NCBI GenBank assembly: GCA_041946735.1
Contig: JBHGAY010000012.1
Span: forward strand, 72,247 to 136,246
DNA: 64,000 nucleotides
Origin: Candidatus Eiseniibacteriota bacterium
Lineage (GTDB): Bacteria; Eisenbacteria; RBG-16-71-46; CAIMUX01; VGJL01
Direction: 5' to 3'
Positions 40,330 through 50,170 of the stretch are shown here, one piece after another (within the stretch, counting starts at the first letter, position 1; every line of letters starts with the position of its first letter). The notes beneath the pieces are model-generated. The model did not search any database and was not told the origin of the DNA. It saw nothing but the letters and a program-made list of their open reading frames with translations. The position numbers were made by a program, and so were the translations under genes.

Positions 40330-41773
40330 GATCCACTTCGTCGGCATCGGCGGCACCGGGATGTGCGGGCTGGCCGAGGTGTGCCTGAATCTCGGCTACG
40401 AGGTCTCCGGCAGCGATCTCGCGCGCACGGAGGTGACCGAGCGACTCGAGCGGCTGGGCGCGAGGGTGATGCAGGGGCACCAGGCGGAGAACGTGCGAGG
40501 GAGCGATCTCCTCGTCGTGTCCTCCGCGATCCGCAAGACGAACCCGGAGTATCGCGAGGCGGTCAAGCTTCATATCCCCATGCTCAAGCGCGGCGAGATG
40601 CTCGCGGAGATCATGCGCCTGAAGACCGGGATCGCGGTCGCGGGCGCGCATGGCAAGACGACGACCACTTCGCTCACCGGACACGTCCTCTCCTCGGCCG
40701 GGCTCGATCCCACCGTCGTCGTCGGCGGGCGCCTGCGCGCGCTCGGCAGCAACGCGCGCCTCGGCACCGGCGAGTACCTCGTCGCGGAGGCGGACGAGAG
40801 CGACGGCTCCTTCCTCGATCTGAACCCCACGATCTCGATCGTCACGAACATCGACCTGGAGCACCTCGATCATTACCGCGGCCTGCCGGACATCGAGGAG
40901 GCGTTCACGCGCTTCCTCCGCAAGGTCCCGTTCTACGGAGTGGCGATCGTCTGCGGGGACGATCCGAACGTCCGCGAGGTCATTCCGCGCGTGCAGAAGC
41001 GAATCGTCACCTACGGCTTCGGGAGCGACAACCAGGTGATCGCGGAGGATCCGGTCTTCGAGGCGATGCACTCGCGCTTTCGCATCCGCTGGTTCGAGGA
41101 AGCGGGGGAGAGCTTCGAGCTCAACCTGCCGGGACGGCACAACATCCTGAACGCGCTCGCTGCCTACACCGTTGCGCGGGAGCTGGGCGTTCGCACCGAG
41201 ACGATCCGCGAGGCGTTCTCCACCTTCGGCGGCGTCGGCCGTCGCTTCGAGATCCGATCCGAGGCGGGAGGGGTGCTGCACGTCGACGATTACGGCCACC
41301 ATCCGACCGAGATCGCGGCCGTTCTCGCCGCGGCGCGGGCGGTCTGGCCGGACCGGCGGATCGTGACGCTGTTCCAACCGCACCGCTTCTCGCGGACGAA
41401 GGCGCTCCACGCCGCCTTCGGCTCCGCGCTCGCCGCCTGCGACGTCCTGCTCCTCACCGAGATCTACCCGGCCGGCGAGATTCCCTTGCCCGGGGTGTCC
41501 TCCTCGCTTATTCTCGCCGCGGTTCGCGGACAGCCCCATTCTCCCGAGGCGCATCCGGTCGCCGACGCGGAGGAGGCGATTCGTGAAGCGGGCGCGTTGC
41601 TCCAGCCGGGCGATCTCCTCCTCACCCTCGGGGCGGGGGACGTGGTGCGCTGGGGCGATCGAATCATGAACGAGAGGGCGCGACGTCCATCGCGGGCGGA
41701 GCGCACGGAGGCCAGGCCGGCCGAAGCCCCCGCAGTCCCTTCGGGACCGGAGGACCGGGAGAGCAGGACGTGA
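40307..41773 (+). CDS. murC: UDP-MurNAc:L-Ala ligase
   Basis: HFVGIGGTGM, GAHGKTTTT, EADESDGSF, DDYGHHPTEI. Confidence 0.96.
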   Translation: MSPGKVRRIHFVGIGGTGMCGLAEVCLNLGYEVSGSDLARTEVTERLERLGARVMQGHQAENVRGSDLLVVSSAIRKTNPEYREAVKLHIPMLKRGEMLAEIMRLKTGIAVAGAHGKTTTTSLTGHVLSSAGLDPTVVVGGRLRALGSNARLGTGEYLVAEADESDGSFLDLNPTISIVTNIDLEHLDHYRGLPDIEEAFTRFLRKVPFYGVAIVCGDDPNVREVIPRVQKRIVTYGFGSDNQVIAEDPVFEAMHSRFRIRWFEEAGESFELNLPGRHNILNALAAYTVARELGVRTETIREAFSTFGGVGRRFEIRSEAGGVLHVDDYGHHPTEIAAVLAAARAVWPDRRIVTLFQPHRFSRTKALHAAFGSALAACDVLLLTEIYPAGEIPLPGVSSSLILAAVRGQPHSPEAHPVADAEEAIREAGALLQPGDLLLTLGAGDVVRWGDRIMNERARRPSRAERTEARPAEAPAVPSGPEDRESRT

Positions 41774-42618
41774 CCGACCTTCAGTCCTTCTGGGCGGAAG
41801 CCGCGTGGGAGCGGCTCGTCGAACGGCGCCGGAGACGCAACCGGCGCCGCGGCGCCGCCGCCGCTCTCGGCATCCTCCTCCTGCTCGGCGCGATCGCGCT
41901 CGCGATCCTCCACCGCCACGAGATCCTCAGTGCCGCCCCGTGGACCGTGCGGGCGATCGAGGTCTCCGGCAACCGCAACGTCTCGACCGCCGAGGTGCTC
42001 GATCTGCTCGACCTGCATGCGGGCGACCCGTGGTGGCGCTTCCGCCCAGCGGCGATCCGCTCCCGGGCCGCCTCGAGCCCCGCGATCCAGTCGCTCTCGC
42101 TCCGCTACGTCTGGTTCCACCGGCTGCGCGTGGAGCTGACCGAACGCGAGGGGAGCCTGGCGGTCCTCTCGCCGATCGTCGGAGAGATGAGCGAGGACGG
42201 CTGGCTGCTCCCGCCGTCTCCGCTCGGAGAGGAGCACGACCTGCCGATCCTCCGCGCTCGCGGCTTCGCCCTGCCGGCGCCCGGCTCGATGGTCGGCGGA
42301 GAGATCGGCCGCGTCGCCCGCCTCGTCGGGGAGATGCGCCGCACGCACGCGGATCTCTGGCGGGAGATCTCCGAGATCGATCTGGGGCCGGAGGAGGCGC
42401 GGGCGTTCCTGCGCTCCGGACGCCAGATCGTCCTCTTCACTCCGGGCCGCCACGACGACCTCTGGGGGAAGGTCCCGACCGTGCTCGAGGACCTCCGCCG
42501 CCAGGGCCGTCACGACGTCGTCCTGGATCTGCGATTCCCGGAGAGGATCGTCGTCCATCTGCCCGAAGTGGTCGCCCCGGACACCCTGCTGACCCAGACC
42601 GGCAAGGAGCGCGCCTGA
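41770..42618 (+). CDS. ftsQ: Cell division protein FtsQ/DivIB
   Basis: TM, POTRA (IEVSGNRNVS), C-terminal LDLRFPERIVV. Confidence 0.85.
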   Translation: MTDLQSFWAEAAWERLVERRRRRNRRRGAAAALGILLLLGAIALAILHRHEILSAAPWTVRAIEVSGNRNVSTAEVLDLLDLHAGDPWWRFRPAAIRSRAASSPAIQSLSLRYVWFHRLRVELTEREGSLAVLSPIVGEMSEDGWLLPPSPLGEEHDLPILRARGFALPAPGSMVGGEIGRVARLVGEMRRTHADLWREISEIDLGPEEARAFLRSGRQIVLFTPGRHDDLWGKVPTVLEDLRRQGRHDVVLDLRFPERIVVHLPEVVAPDTLLTQTGKERA

Positions 42619-42622
42619 ACCG

Positions 42623-43846
42623 ATGACACCGAAGAGAAACATCCTGGCCGGACTCGACGTCGGATCCACCAAAGTCTGCTGCGCCGTCGGGGAGTCGTTG
42701 CCGGACTCCGGGATCCGCCTCCTCGGGCTCGGCGAGGCGCCGTGCGACGGCCTCGACCGCGGGAACCTGGTGAACGTGGAGGCGACGGTCGAGGCGATCC
42801 GGGCAGCGGTCGATGCCGCGGGACGGATGGCCGGCGTCACCATCCGCGAGGCGCTGCTCGGCATCAGCGGCGAGCACGTGCGCGGCATCCAGAGCCGCGG
42901 CGTGATCGGGATCAGCCGCCGGGACAAGGAGGTCGTCCGCGAGGACGTGGAGCGCGTGCTCGAAGCGGCCCGGGCGGTGAAGATCCCGGCCGATCGCGAG
43001 CTGCTCCACGTGATCCCGCGCGGCTTCACGGTCGACGAGCAGTCCGGGATCCGCGATCCGCTCGGCATGTCCGGCATCCGCCTCGAGGCGGAAGTCCACA
43101 TCGTGACGATCGCCAGCCCGCCGGTCCGCAATCTGCTGCGCGCCGTCGCGCGCGCCGGGATCGGCATCGACTCGCTCGTCCTGCAGCCGCTCGCCGCTTC
43201 GCTCTCCGTCCTCGGGGAGGACGAGAAGGGGCTCGGAGTGGCGCTCGTCGACATCGGGGGAGGAACGAGCGACGTCGTCCTCTTCGAGTCGGGAGTCGTG
43301 CGGCATACGGCGATCGTGGGCCTCGGCGGGCGGCACCTCACGCAGGACATCGCGATCGGTTTGCGCACGCCGGCCGACCGCGCCGAGGAGCTGAAGATCC
43401 ACCACGGATGCGCCGTCTCCGCGCGCGTTCCCGCCGAGGAGGTCGTCGAGGTGCCGGGGGTCGGCGGCCGCGCGCCCCGCGTGATCAGCCGCCAGGTCCT
43501 GGCCGCGATCATCGAGCCGCGCGCCGAAGAGATCCTGATGCTGATCCTCCAGGAGCTGGACCGGTGCGGCGCGACCGATCTGCTCGGCGCGGGAGTCGTG
43601 ATGACGGGCGGCAGCTCGCTGCTCCCCGGGATGGTGGAGCTGGCGGAGCGCGTGCTGGGCATTCCCGCGCGGATCGGGGTCCCGCGGGCGATCGAAGGAC
43701 TGCCGGAGGGAGAAGGGCGTCCCGGCCATGCGGTCGCGCTCGGCCTTCTCCTCCACGGCGCGGAAACGGAGCGCGGGCGCGATTCGGGGCGCGGATTCCT
43801 CGGCCTCTTCCGGCGCCCGCGCGAATGGGTGCGCGAGTATCTCTGA
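42623..43846 (+). CDS. ftsA: Cell division protein FtsA
   Basis: LDVGSTKV, VDIGGGTSD, C-terminal amphipathic helix. Confidence 0.96.
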   Translation: MTPKRNILAGLDVGSTKVCCAVGESLPDSGIRLLGLGEAPCDGLDRGNLVNVEATVEAIRAAVDAAGRMAGVTIREALLGISGEHVRGIQSRGVIGISRRDKEVVREDVERVLEAARAVKIPADRELLHVIPRGFTVDEQSGIRDPLGMSGIRLEAEVHIVTIASPPVRNLLRAVARAGIGIDSLVLQPLAASLSVLGEDEKGLGVALVDIGGGTSDVVLFESGVVRHTAIVGLGGRHLTQDIAIGLRTPADRAEELKIHHGCAVSARVPAEEVVEVPGVGGRAPRVISRQVLAAIIEPRAEEILMLILQELDRCGATDLLGAGVVMTGGSSLLPGMVELAERVLGIPARIGVPRAIEGLPEGEGRPGHAVALGLLLHGAETERGRDSGRGFLGLFRRPREWVREYL

Positions 43847-43934
43847 CGCGTCGGGCGGGCCGGAGGCGGCCCGTCCTGACGGGAACGTGCAGCGGCGGGA
43901 GCGGCCGGATCCGCTTCCGCGGGAGGTGCAGGGA

Positions 43935-45455
43935 ATGCTGGAAATCGACGGGCGGCGGGGAGAGCCGGCGAAGATCGCGGTGGTGGGGCTCGGTGGCGGA
44001 GGTTCGAACGCGGTCAACCGGATGATCTCCGAAGGGCTCCGGGACGTCACCTTCTGGGTAGCGAACACCGACGCTCAAGCGCTGCAGAACGCCGTGTGCG
44101 AGAACCGGCTGCAACTCGGCTCCGCCCTGACCGCGGGGCTCGGCGCCGGGGGGGATCCGGAAGTGGGGCGGGCGGCGGCCGAGGAGGATGCGCAGTCCCT
44201 CCAGGAAGTCCTGGACGGCTACGACATGGTCTTCCTTACCGCCGGCATGGGGGGAGGGACGGGAACCGGCTCCTCCCCGGTCGTCGCGCGGATCGCGCGC
44301 TCGCTCGGCGCGCTCACGGTCGCGATCGTCACGCGTCCTTTCCTGTTCGAAGGATCGCGGAGGGCGGCGCGCGCCGAAGAGGGGATCCGCCAGCTCGCCG
44401 ACGAGGTCGACACGCTGATCGTGATCCCGAACGACAAGCTCCTGCACCTGGTGGAGCGGGGCGCGAACCTGAACGCGGGGCTGCGCGTCGCCGACGAGGT
44501 GCTGTTCCAGGCGACTCGCGGCATCAGCGACATCATCCTCGGCAACGGCCTCATCAACGTCGACTTCGCTGACGTCCGCACCGTGATGAAGAATCGCGGC
44601 GGAGCCCTGCTCGGCTGCGGCATCGCGCGCGGGCCCAACCGCGCGGTCGAGTCGGCGCAGGCGGCGGTGTCGAGCCCGCTGCTCGACGATCTCACGATCT
44701 CCGGAGCCGAGGCGATCCTCGTCAACGTCGTCGGCGGTCCGGGAATGGGATTCCACGAGGTCACCGAGGCGGCGCAGTACATCTCCGAGCAGGCCGGCAA
44801 GGAGGCGGACGTCTTCTGGGGCGCCGTGATCGATCCGAACCTCGAAGAGGAGATGCGCGTCACGTTGATCGCGACCGGCTTCCAGCGCTCCCCTGCGATC
44901 CGGAAGGTGGAGCGCCCGGCGGTGGCGGCGCGGCCCGAGCCGGCCGCTGCCGCCACGGCGCCGCCGATGCCGGAACGGACGCCGGCGCCCGCGCCCGCGC
45001 CAGTGCCCACACCCGCGCCGCGCTCCCCCGAGCCGCTGCGCGCTCCCGAGATCCCGGAGCCTGTCTACGCGCGCGAGCCGCTTCCGCCGCTTCCCGGTCT
45101 CGACGATCCGGAGATCCTGCCGTTCCCCGACTCGCTCGAGTACGGCGGCGCCGCCGGCCAGGACGATCGCCTCTCGCCGGCTGCCGCAAGCGCCGAGCCC
45201 GAGCCCGACCCGTCGTGGACTCCGCGGATCGTGCGCGGCCGTGACGACGAGCGGCCGGGCGCCACCGAGGCGGCGGAGAGCTGGATCGAGGAACCGCAGG
45301 CCGAGGGCCCGGCGCCGGCCACCGACCGAGGACCGGCACTGTGGCGCCGCCGTCCCGGCCGTCGCTATCGCATGCCGGACCGGCTCGACGACGCGCGATT
45401 CGATGGACGCAATCCGCTCGACATACCGACCTTCCTGAGGAAGCAGATGGACTGA
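43935..45455 (+). CDS. ftsZ: Cell division GTPase FtsZ with long Pro/Ala/acidic linker
   Basis: GGGGSNAV, GMGGGTGTG, NVDFADV, C-terminal LDIPTFLRKQMD. Confidence 0.97.
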   Translation: MLEIDGRRGEPAKIAVVGLGGGGSNAVNRMISEGLRDVTFWVANTDAQALQNAVCENRLQLGSALTAGLGAGGDPEVGRAAAEEDAQSLQEVLDGYDMVFLTAGMGGGTGTGSSPVVARIARSLGALTVAIVTRPFLFEGSRRAARAEEGIRQLADEVDTLIVIPNDKLLHLVERGANLNAGLRVADEVLFQATRGISDIILGNGLINVDFADVRTVMKNRGGALLGCGIARGPNRAVESAQAAVSSPLLDDLTISGAEAILVNVVGGPGMGFHEVTEAAQYISEQAGKEADVFWGAVIDPNLEEEMRVTLIATGFQRSPAIRKVERPAVAARPEPAAAATAPPMPERTPAPAPAPVPTPAPRSPEPLRAPEIPEPVYAREPLPPLPGLDDPEILPFPDSLEYGGAAGQDDRLSPAAASAEPEPDPSWTPRIVRGRDDERPGATEAAESWIEEPQAEGPAPATDRGPALWRRRPGRRYRMPDRLDDARFDGRNPLDIPTFLRKQMD

Positions 45456-45550
45456 TCTCACCGAGGTCTCGCGTCCGGAGCGGGGCGGAGGCGCGACGCG
45501 TTGCGCGCCCGCCCTCCCCGCCCGGAGCGACCCGGCGAAGGGAGGTGTGC

Positions 45551-47194
45551 ATGTCCTTCCTGGGGCGTCTCTTCCATAGGGACGGGATGTCGGACTACCG
45601 GCGCGGGATCCTCGCGTTCAACCGGGGCGACTTCGACGAGGCGGTCGAGGCGTTCGAGCGCACCCTCGCGTCGATCCAGGACCCGAGCGATCCGTACTTC
45701 AGCCTCGGGCGCTTCTACGCGGCCGAGGCGCACGCGCGCCTGGGGCTCGCGCTCGAACGCCGCGGGGAGCGGCGCGCCGCCGCCGAACAGTTCCGCCTCG
45801 CCCTCGGATGCGGCTACCGCTATCCCGACGTTCACCAGCGCCTCGCCGCCATGCTCGAGGCGGAAGGCCAGCTCGCCGAGGCGGAGAGCGAGTGCCGCGC
45901 CGCGCTCGAGATCCATCCCGGCTATCTCGACGCGCGATGCCGGCTGCTGCTCGTGTTGATCGGGCAGGGACGGCGCGACCTCGCCGCGGCGGAGCTGGAC
46001 ACGCTGATCGAGGCGGGCTTCCCGCTGCCGGCGCCGCTCGCGCCGGGGGCGGGCGTCCCCGAAGATCCCACCTTCCTCGAGGAGCTGCGCCGCATGCTCG
46101 ACAGCCGGCAGCGCAGCCAGCAGCAGCTCGAGCGGGCGCTGGAGAGCTACGACCGCGGCAACCGGGCCGAAGCGTTGCGCGAGCTCCGCGCGGCGGTCGC
46201 GGAGCAGCCGCGCTACGCCGACCTTCGCCGCCGACTCGGAAGCCTGCTCCTCGAGCAGGGGGACACCTCCGGCGCGATCGAGGAGCTGGGGGCGGCGATC
46301 GCGATCAATCCCGACTACGTGGAGGCGCGGCTGCAGATGGGGATCGCGCAGCTTCGCGCCGGCCGCCCGGCCGAAGCGATTCCGCACCTGGAGACCGCGG
46401 CGCGCCTGCAACCGGAGTACCCCGATGCGCGCCTCTTCCTCGCGCTCGCGCTCGTCCGCGAGGGAAGGATCGCCGACGCGGACGCCTCGCTCATGCTGAC
46501 GATCGCCGAGCACAAGAACTTCGCGCGCGCCCGCTACGCATTGGGCCTCGTGCGGCTCGTGCAGGGAAGGACCGGCGAAGGCCTCGAGACGCTGCAAGAG
46601 GCGATCGACGCGGATCCCCTGCTGCTGCGCGGGCGGACCGACCTCGCCCACGCCCAGGCTCACGAGGGGGACCCGGAGATCGCCGAGAGCCTCTTCCGCA
46701 AAGTGCTGGAGCGCGCGCCGGAGGATTCCGACGCGCGTCTCGGCTTCGGGCTGGCGCTTCTCTCAGAGGGACGGAGGGACGAGGCGCACGAGCAGCTGCT
46801 CCTCGCCTGCCGCGCCCTCCCGCGCGATCCTCGCGCCGTGGCCGCCCTCGCCCGCATCGAGATCGAGCGCGGGGAGAACGAACCGGCGATCGAGAGGATC
46901 GACCGGGTGCTCGCTGGCGCGCCGGACGGCGCGGCGCCCGATCCGGCGCTCCTGCACCTGCGCGCGCGGGCCTTGACCGGCGCCGGGCGGCCGGCGGAAG
47001 CGCGGGCCGATCTGGAGGCGCTCCTCGGGATCGAGCCGGGGAACGTCGAGGCGCGAGTGGAGCTGGGTCTGCTGCTCTTCCAGGAAGGTCGGGCCGCCGA
47101 GGGGCGCGAGGCGATGGCCGAGGCGCTCCGGCGGGACGCCACGCACCCGGTCGCGCGCGTGTTCGCGGATCCGGGCCTCGTGGCGTCGCTCTAG
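45551..47194 (+). CDS. Multi-TPR protein downstream of ftsZ
   Basis: TPR repeats (ALEIHPGYLDAR, AIAINPDYVEAR, LQPEYPDAR); RBS GGAGGT. Confidence 0.85.
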   Translation: MSFLGRLFHRDGMSDYRRGILAFNRGDFDEAVEAFERTLASIQDPSDPYFSLGRFYAAEAHARLGLALERRGERRAAAEQFRLALGCGYRYPDVHQRLAAMLEAEGQLAEAESECRAALEIHPGYLDARCRLLLVLIGQGRRDLAAAELDTLIEAGFPLPAPLAPGAGVPEDPTFLEELRRMLDSRQRSQQQLERALESYDRGNRAEALRELRAAVAEQPRYADLRRRLGSLLLEQGDTSGAIEELGAAIAINPDYVEARLQMGIAQLRAGRPAEAIPHLETAARLQPEYPDARLFLALALVREGRIADADASLMLTIAEHKNFARARYALGLVRLVQGRTGEGLETLQEAIDADPLLLRGRTDLAHAQAHEGDPEIAESLFRKVLERAPEDSDARLGFGLALLSEGRRDEAHEQLLLACRALPRDPRAVAALARIEIERGENEPAIERIDRVLAGAPDGAAPDPALLHLRARALTGAGRPAEARADLEALLGIEPGNVEARVELGLLLFQEGRAAEGREAMAEALRRDATHPVARVFADPGLVASL

Positions 47195-47195
47195 G

Positions 47196-47429
47196 TCAGG
47201 CCGTCGCGGACTCCTTCTCGGAGCTGGGGCGGGACTTGCTCACCTGCTTCTGCACGAGGCCGGAGCGGAGGCACCGGGTGCAGACGCGCAAGCGGACCGG
47301 CTTTCCGTCGACGATCGCCCGCACCTTCTGGAGATTCGGGTTCCAGACGCGATGCGAGACGTTGTGGGCGTGGGAGATCTGGTTGCCGAACTGGATCCCC
47401 TTGCCGCAGATGTCGCACGCTCGAGACAT
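47196..47429 (-). CDS. rpmB: 50S ribosomal protein L28 (Zn-ribbon, C+ form)
   Basis: [41 protein letters not shown]. Confidence 0.96.
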   Translation of the reverse strand: MSRACDICGKGIQFGNQISHAHNVSHRVWNPNLQKVRAIVDGKPVRLRVCTRCLRSGLVQKQVSKSRPSSEKESATA

Positions 47430-47603
47430 CGATTCCTCCCTCGCCCGGTCGCTGATCCGGGACGACGCAAAAGCGCAGTCTAGCAGCGGCTCCCGGGCCG
47501 GGCAACCCCCTTTCGGGACGGAAGGGCAGGGACCGACGACAGCAGAACCGGGCGCCCGACCGCCCGTTGCGGCGCCACGGACCACCTCCGGGCCGGCGGC
47601 GCA

Positions 47604-49901
47604 ATGAGCGGCCGCGACAGGAGCGGCGGCGACAGGAGCGGCGCGGATCGCCGCACCCCTCGCGGCGCGGCTCCCGGCACGCGGCCCGCGCCTACCTCCG
47701 CCTCCGCCTCCACCTCCGCCGCCGCCTCTGCCTCCGCGGTCGCAGGACTGCCGGGCGTGGGCCCGAAGCGGGCGGAAGCGCTCGCCCGCCTCGGCATCGA
47801 GACGCTGGAGGATCTGCTCCTTCATCTGCCGATCCGCTACCTCGACCGCACCAGGACGGCCGGCTTCGCCGCCGCTCGTCCGGGCGAGGAGGCGACGCTC
47901 CTCGCCCGCGTCGTCTCCTGCTCCTCGCGCCGGATTCGCGGCGGCATCCCTCTCGTCTCGGCGAAGCTCGTGGACGAAGAGGGTGGCAAGGGGGAAGCGG
48001 TCTGGTTCCGCCAGCCCTGGCTCGCGCGCTCGCTGCAGCCGGGTGTCGCGGTCTTGCTGAGCGGTCGGTGCCGCCCGTCCCGTCCGATCGTCCTCGTGCA
48101 TCCGGATCTCGAGATCCTCGCCGGCGACGGCGGCCTGGAGCTCGAACCGCGCGAAGGCGTAACGATCCTCGCCGTCTACCCGCTCGTCCGCGGGCTCACG
48201 CAACGCCTCCTCCGCGGATGGATCGAGACGGCTCTCGATCGCGCCGGCGCGCCGGAGCCGCGCGACGAGGACTCCGCGCTAGCCGAGGAGCGAGATCGCC
48301 TCGGCCTCCCGCGAAAGGCGCGCGCCCTGCGCGCGGTGCATCGTCCCGCCTCGATCGAAGAGGCGGAGGCGGCGCGACGCAGTCTCGTCTGGGAGGAGAT
48401 CTTCCTGCTGCAGCTGCTGCTCGCCCGCTTGCGCGCCGAGCGCAGCGACCGGGCGCCGGTAGTCCGTGTGGACGACGAGGGCCGGCGGTGCGCGCTTGCG
48501 GTGCGCGCGGCCCTGCCGTTCCGCCTCACGGAGGACCAGGCGAAGGCGTATGCGGAGATCGAGAGCGATCTCGCGGCCGAGCGTCCCATGCGCCGCCTGC
48601 TGCAGGGGGACGTGGCGTGCGGCAAGACGGCCGTCGTCGCGCTCGCCTGCGCCGCGATCGCCCGCTCGGGCGGAGGCGCCCAGGCGGCGCTGCTCGCGCC
48701 GACCGAGCTGCTCGCCGCGCAGCATGCCGAGACGCTCGCGTCCCTCCTCTCGCCCGCCGGCCTGCGCGTCGGCCGCCTCGTCGGCGGCGGGCCTGCGGCC
48801 GCGCGCCGCGCGCTGTTGCAGGAGATCGCGGCGGGGGAGATCGACGTGGCCGTCGGAACGCATGCGCTTCTCTCCCGGGGCGTCGCGTTCCGCCGCCTCG
48901 CGCTGGTCGCGGTGGACGAGCAGCATCGCTTCGGCGTCGCCCAGCGGCTCGAGATGCGACGCAAAGGAGGTTCGCCGCACGTGCTCGTCCTCTCCGCGAC
49001 GCCGATCCCGCGCACGCTTTCCCTCGCGCTGCACGGCGACCTCGACGTCACGACCATCCGCAGCCTGCCTCCCGGCCGCGTCCCGGTGCGCACGCGGATC
49101 GTCCCGCCCGCGCAGCGCGAGAGAATGCTCCGCTGGATCGCCGCGCGCCTGCGCGACGGGGAGCAGGCGTTCTTCGTCTGTCCGCGCATCGAAGGGGACG
49201 CGGCGGCCCTCGATGCGTCGGGCTCGCGCGCGAAGGACGGCGAGGCGGGAGGGCCGGCCGCGGACGAGCGCGAGGGGGCCGCGGACACGCTCGATGCGGT
49301 CGCCTTGCATCGCTCGCTCCTCGCGCATCCCGCCTTCCGCGGGATTCCGATCGCGCTTCTCCATGGACGCATCGATTCCGCCTCGCGAGAGCGCGTCACC
49401 GCCGGGCTCCGGGACGGCACGATTCGCGGGGTCGTCGCGACGACGGTGATCGAGGTCGGCGTCGACGTGCCGCACGCTTCGATCCTCGTCGTCCAGCATC
49501 CGGATCGCTTCGGCCTCGCGCAGCTCCATCAGCTGCGAGGACGGGTCGGCCGCTCGCCCGGGCAGGATCCGTACTGCTTCCTGATGGCCGGGGACCTGCG
49601 GGAAGAAACGCCCGCGGCTCAGCGTCTCGCCACGCTCGTGGGGGAGACCGACGGCTTCCGGATCGCCGAGATCGACCTCCGGATGCGCGGTTCCGGGCGA
49701 ATTCTCGGCACCGACCAGACGGGCGTCTCCCCGCTCTCGGCGCTCCTCGGCCGTGACATGGACCTTCTCGAGGCGGCCCGCGAGGGCGCCACCCGGCTTC
49801 TGGCGTCCGACCCGCGCCTCGCCTCGCCGAGCCACGAGCGGCTCGCGGCCCGGGTGGAGCAGCTCCTCCTGCGGTCCCGCCCGTACTACGAAACGGCTTA
49901 G
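47604..49901 (+). CDS. recG: ATP-dependent DNA helicase RecG
   Basis: [53 protein letters not shown]. Confidence 0.95.
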   Translation: MSGRDRSGGDRSGADRRTPRGAAPGTRPAPTSASASTSAAASASAVAGLPGVGPKRAEALARLGIETLEDLLLHLPIRYLDRTRTAGFAAARPGEEATLLARVVSCSSRRIRGGIPLVSAKLVDEEGGKGEAVWFRQPWLARSLQPGVAVLLSGRCRPSRPIVLVHPDLEILAGDGGLELEPREGVTILAVYPLVRGLTQRLLRGWIETALDRAGAPEPRDEDSALAEERDRLGLPRKARALRAVHRPASIEEAEAARRSLVWEEIFLLQLLLARLRAERSDRAPVVRVDDEGRRCALAVRAALPFRLTEDQAKAYAEIESDLAAERPMRRLLQGDVACGKTAVVALACAAIARSGGGAQAALLAPTELLAAQHAETLASLLSPAGLRVGRLVGGGPAAARRALLQEIAAGEIDVAVGTHALLSRGVAFRRLALVAVDEQHRFGVAQRLEMRRKGGSPHVLVLSATPIPRTLSLALHGDLDVTTIRSLPPGRVPVRTRIVPPAQRERMLRWIAARLRDGEQAFFVCPRIEGDAAALDASGSRAKDGEAGGPAADEREGAADTLDAVALHRSLLAHPAFRGIPIALLHGRIDSASRERVTAGLRDGTIRGVVATTVIEVGVDVPHASILVVQHPDRFGLAQLHQLRGRVGRSPGQDPYCFLMAGDLREETPAAQRLATLVGETDGFRIAEIDLRMRGSGRILGTDQTGVSPLSALLGRDMDLLEAAREGATRLLASDPRLASPSHERLAARVEQLLLRSRPYYETA

Positions 49902-50078
49902 GGGACGGGGCGACCGGCTCGCGTCGAGGCGGGGGCGGAGGAGGCGAGGGAGGCGGGGGCGGAGGCGGCGGAGGCGGCGGCGCGGCGCGCTTCGGGATGC
50001 GCGCGGGCGCGCGGGTCTCGCGGCCCCGGAGGCGCGCCCGCTCCCAGGAATCCCGCCATCCCGTGGCTTTTCCCCCGG

Positions 50079-50106
50079 TCAAGCCGGCGAGGCCAGCGCC
50101 CGATAA
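50079..50106 (+). promoter_or_regulatory. Sigma28-like promoter upstream of mglA
   Basis: TCAAG-N15-CCCGATAA. Confidence 0.5.
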
Positions 50107-50170
50107 CAGAAGAGGCGGCTCTAGGAACTGCGGGGATTCCCCCGCGCGAGGAAGCATCCAGGGAGGCCTC

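Noticed and set aside
48595..48630. Inactive RecG (GDVACGKT instead of GDVGSGKT)
   Set aside because: GKT and all other helicase motifs are intact; likely a tolerated variant.
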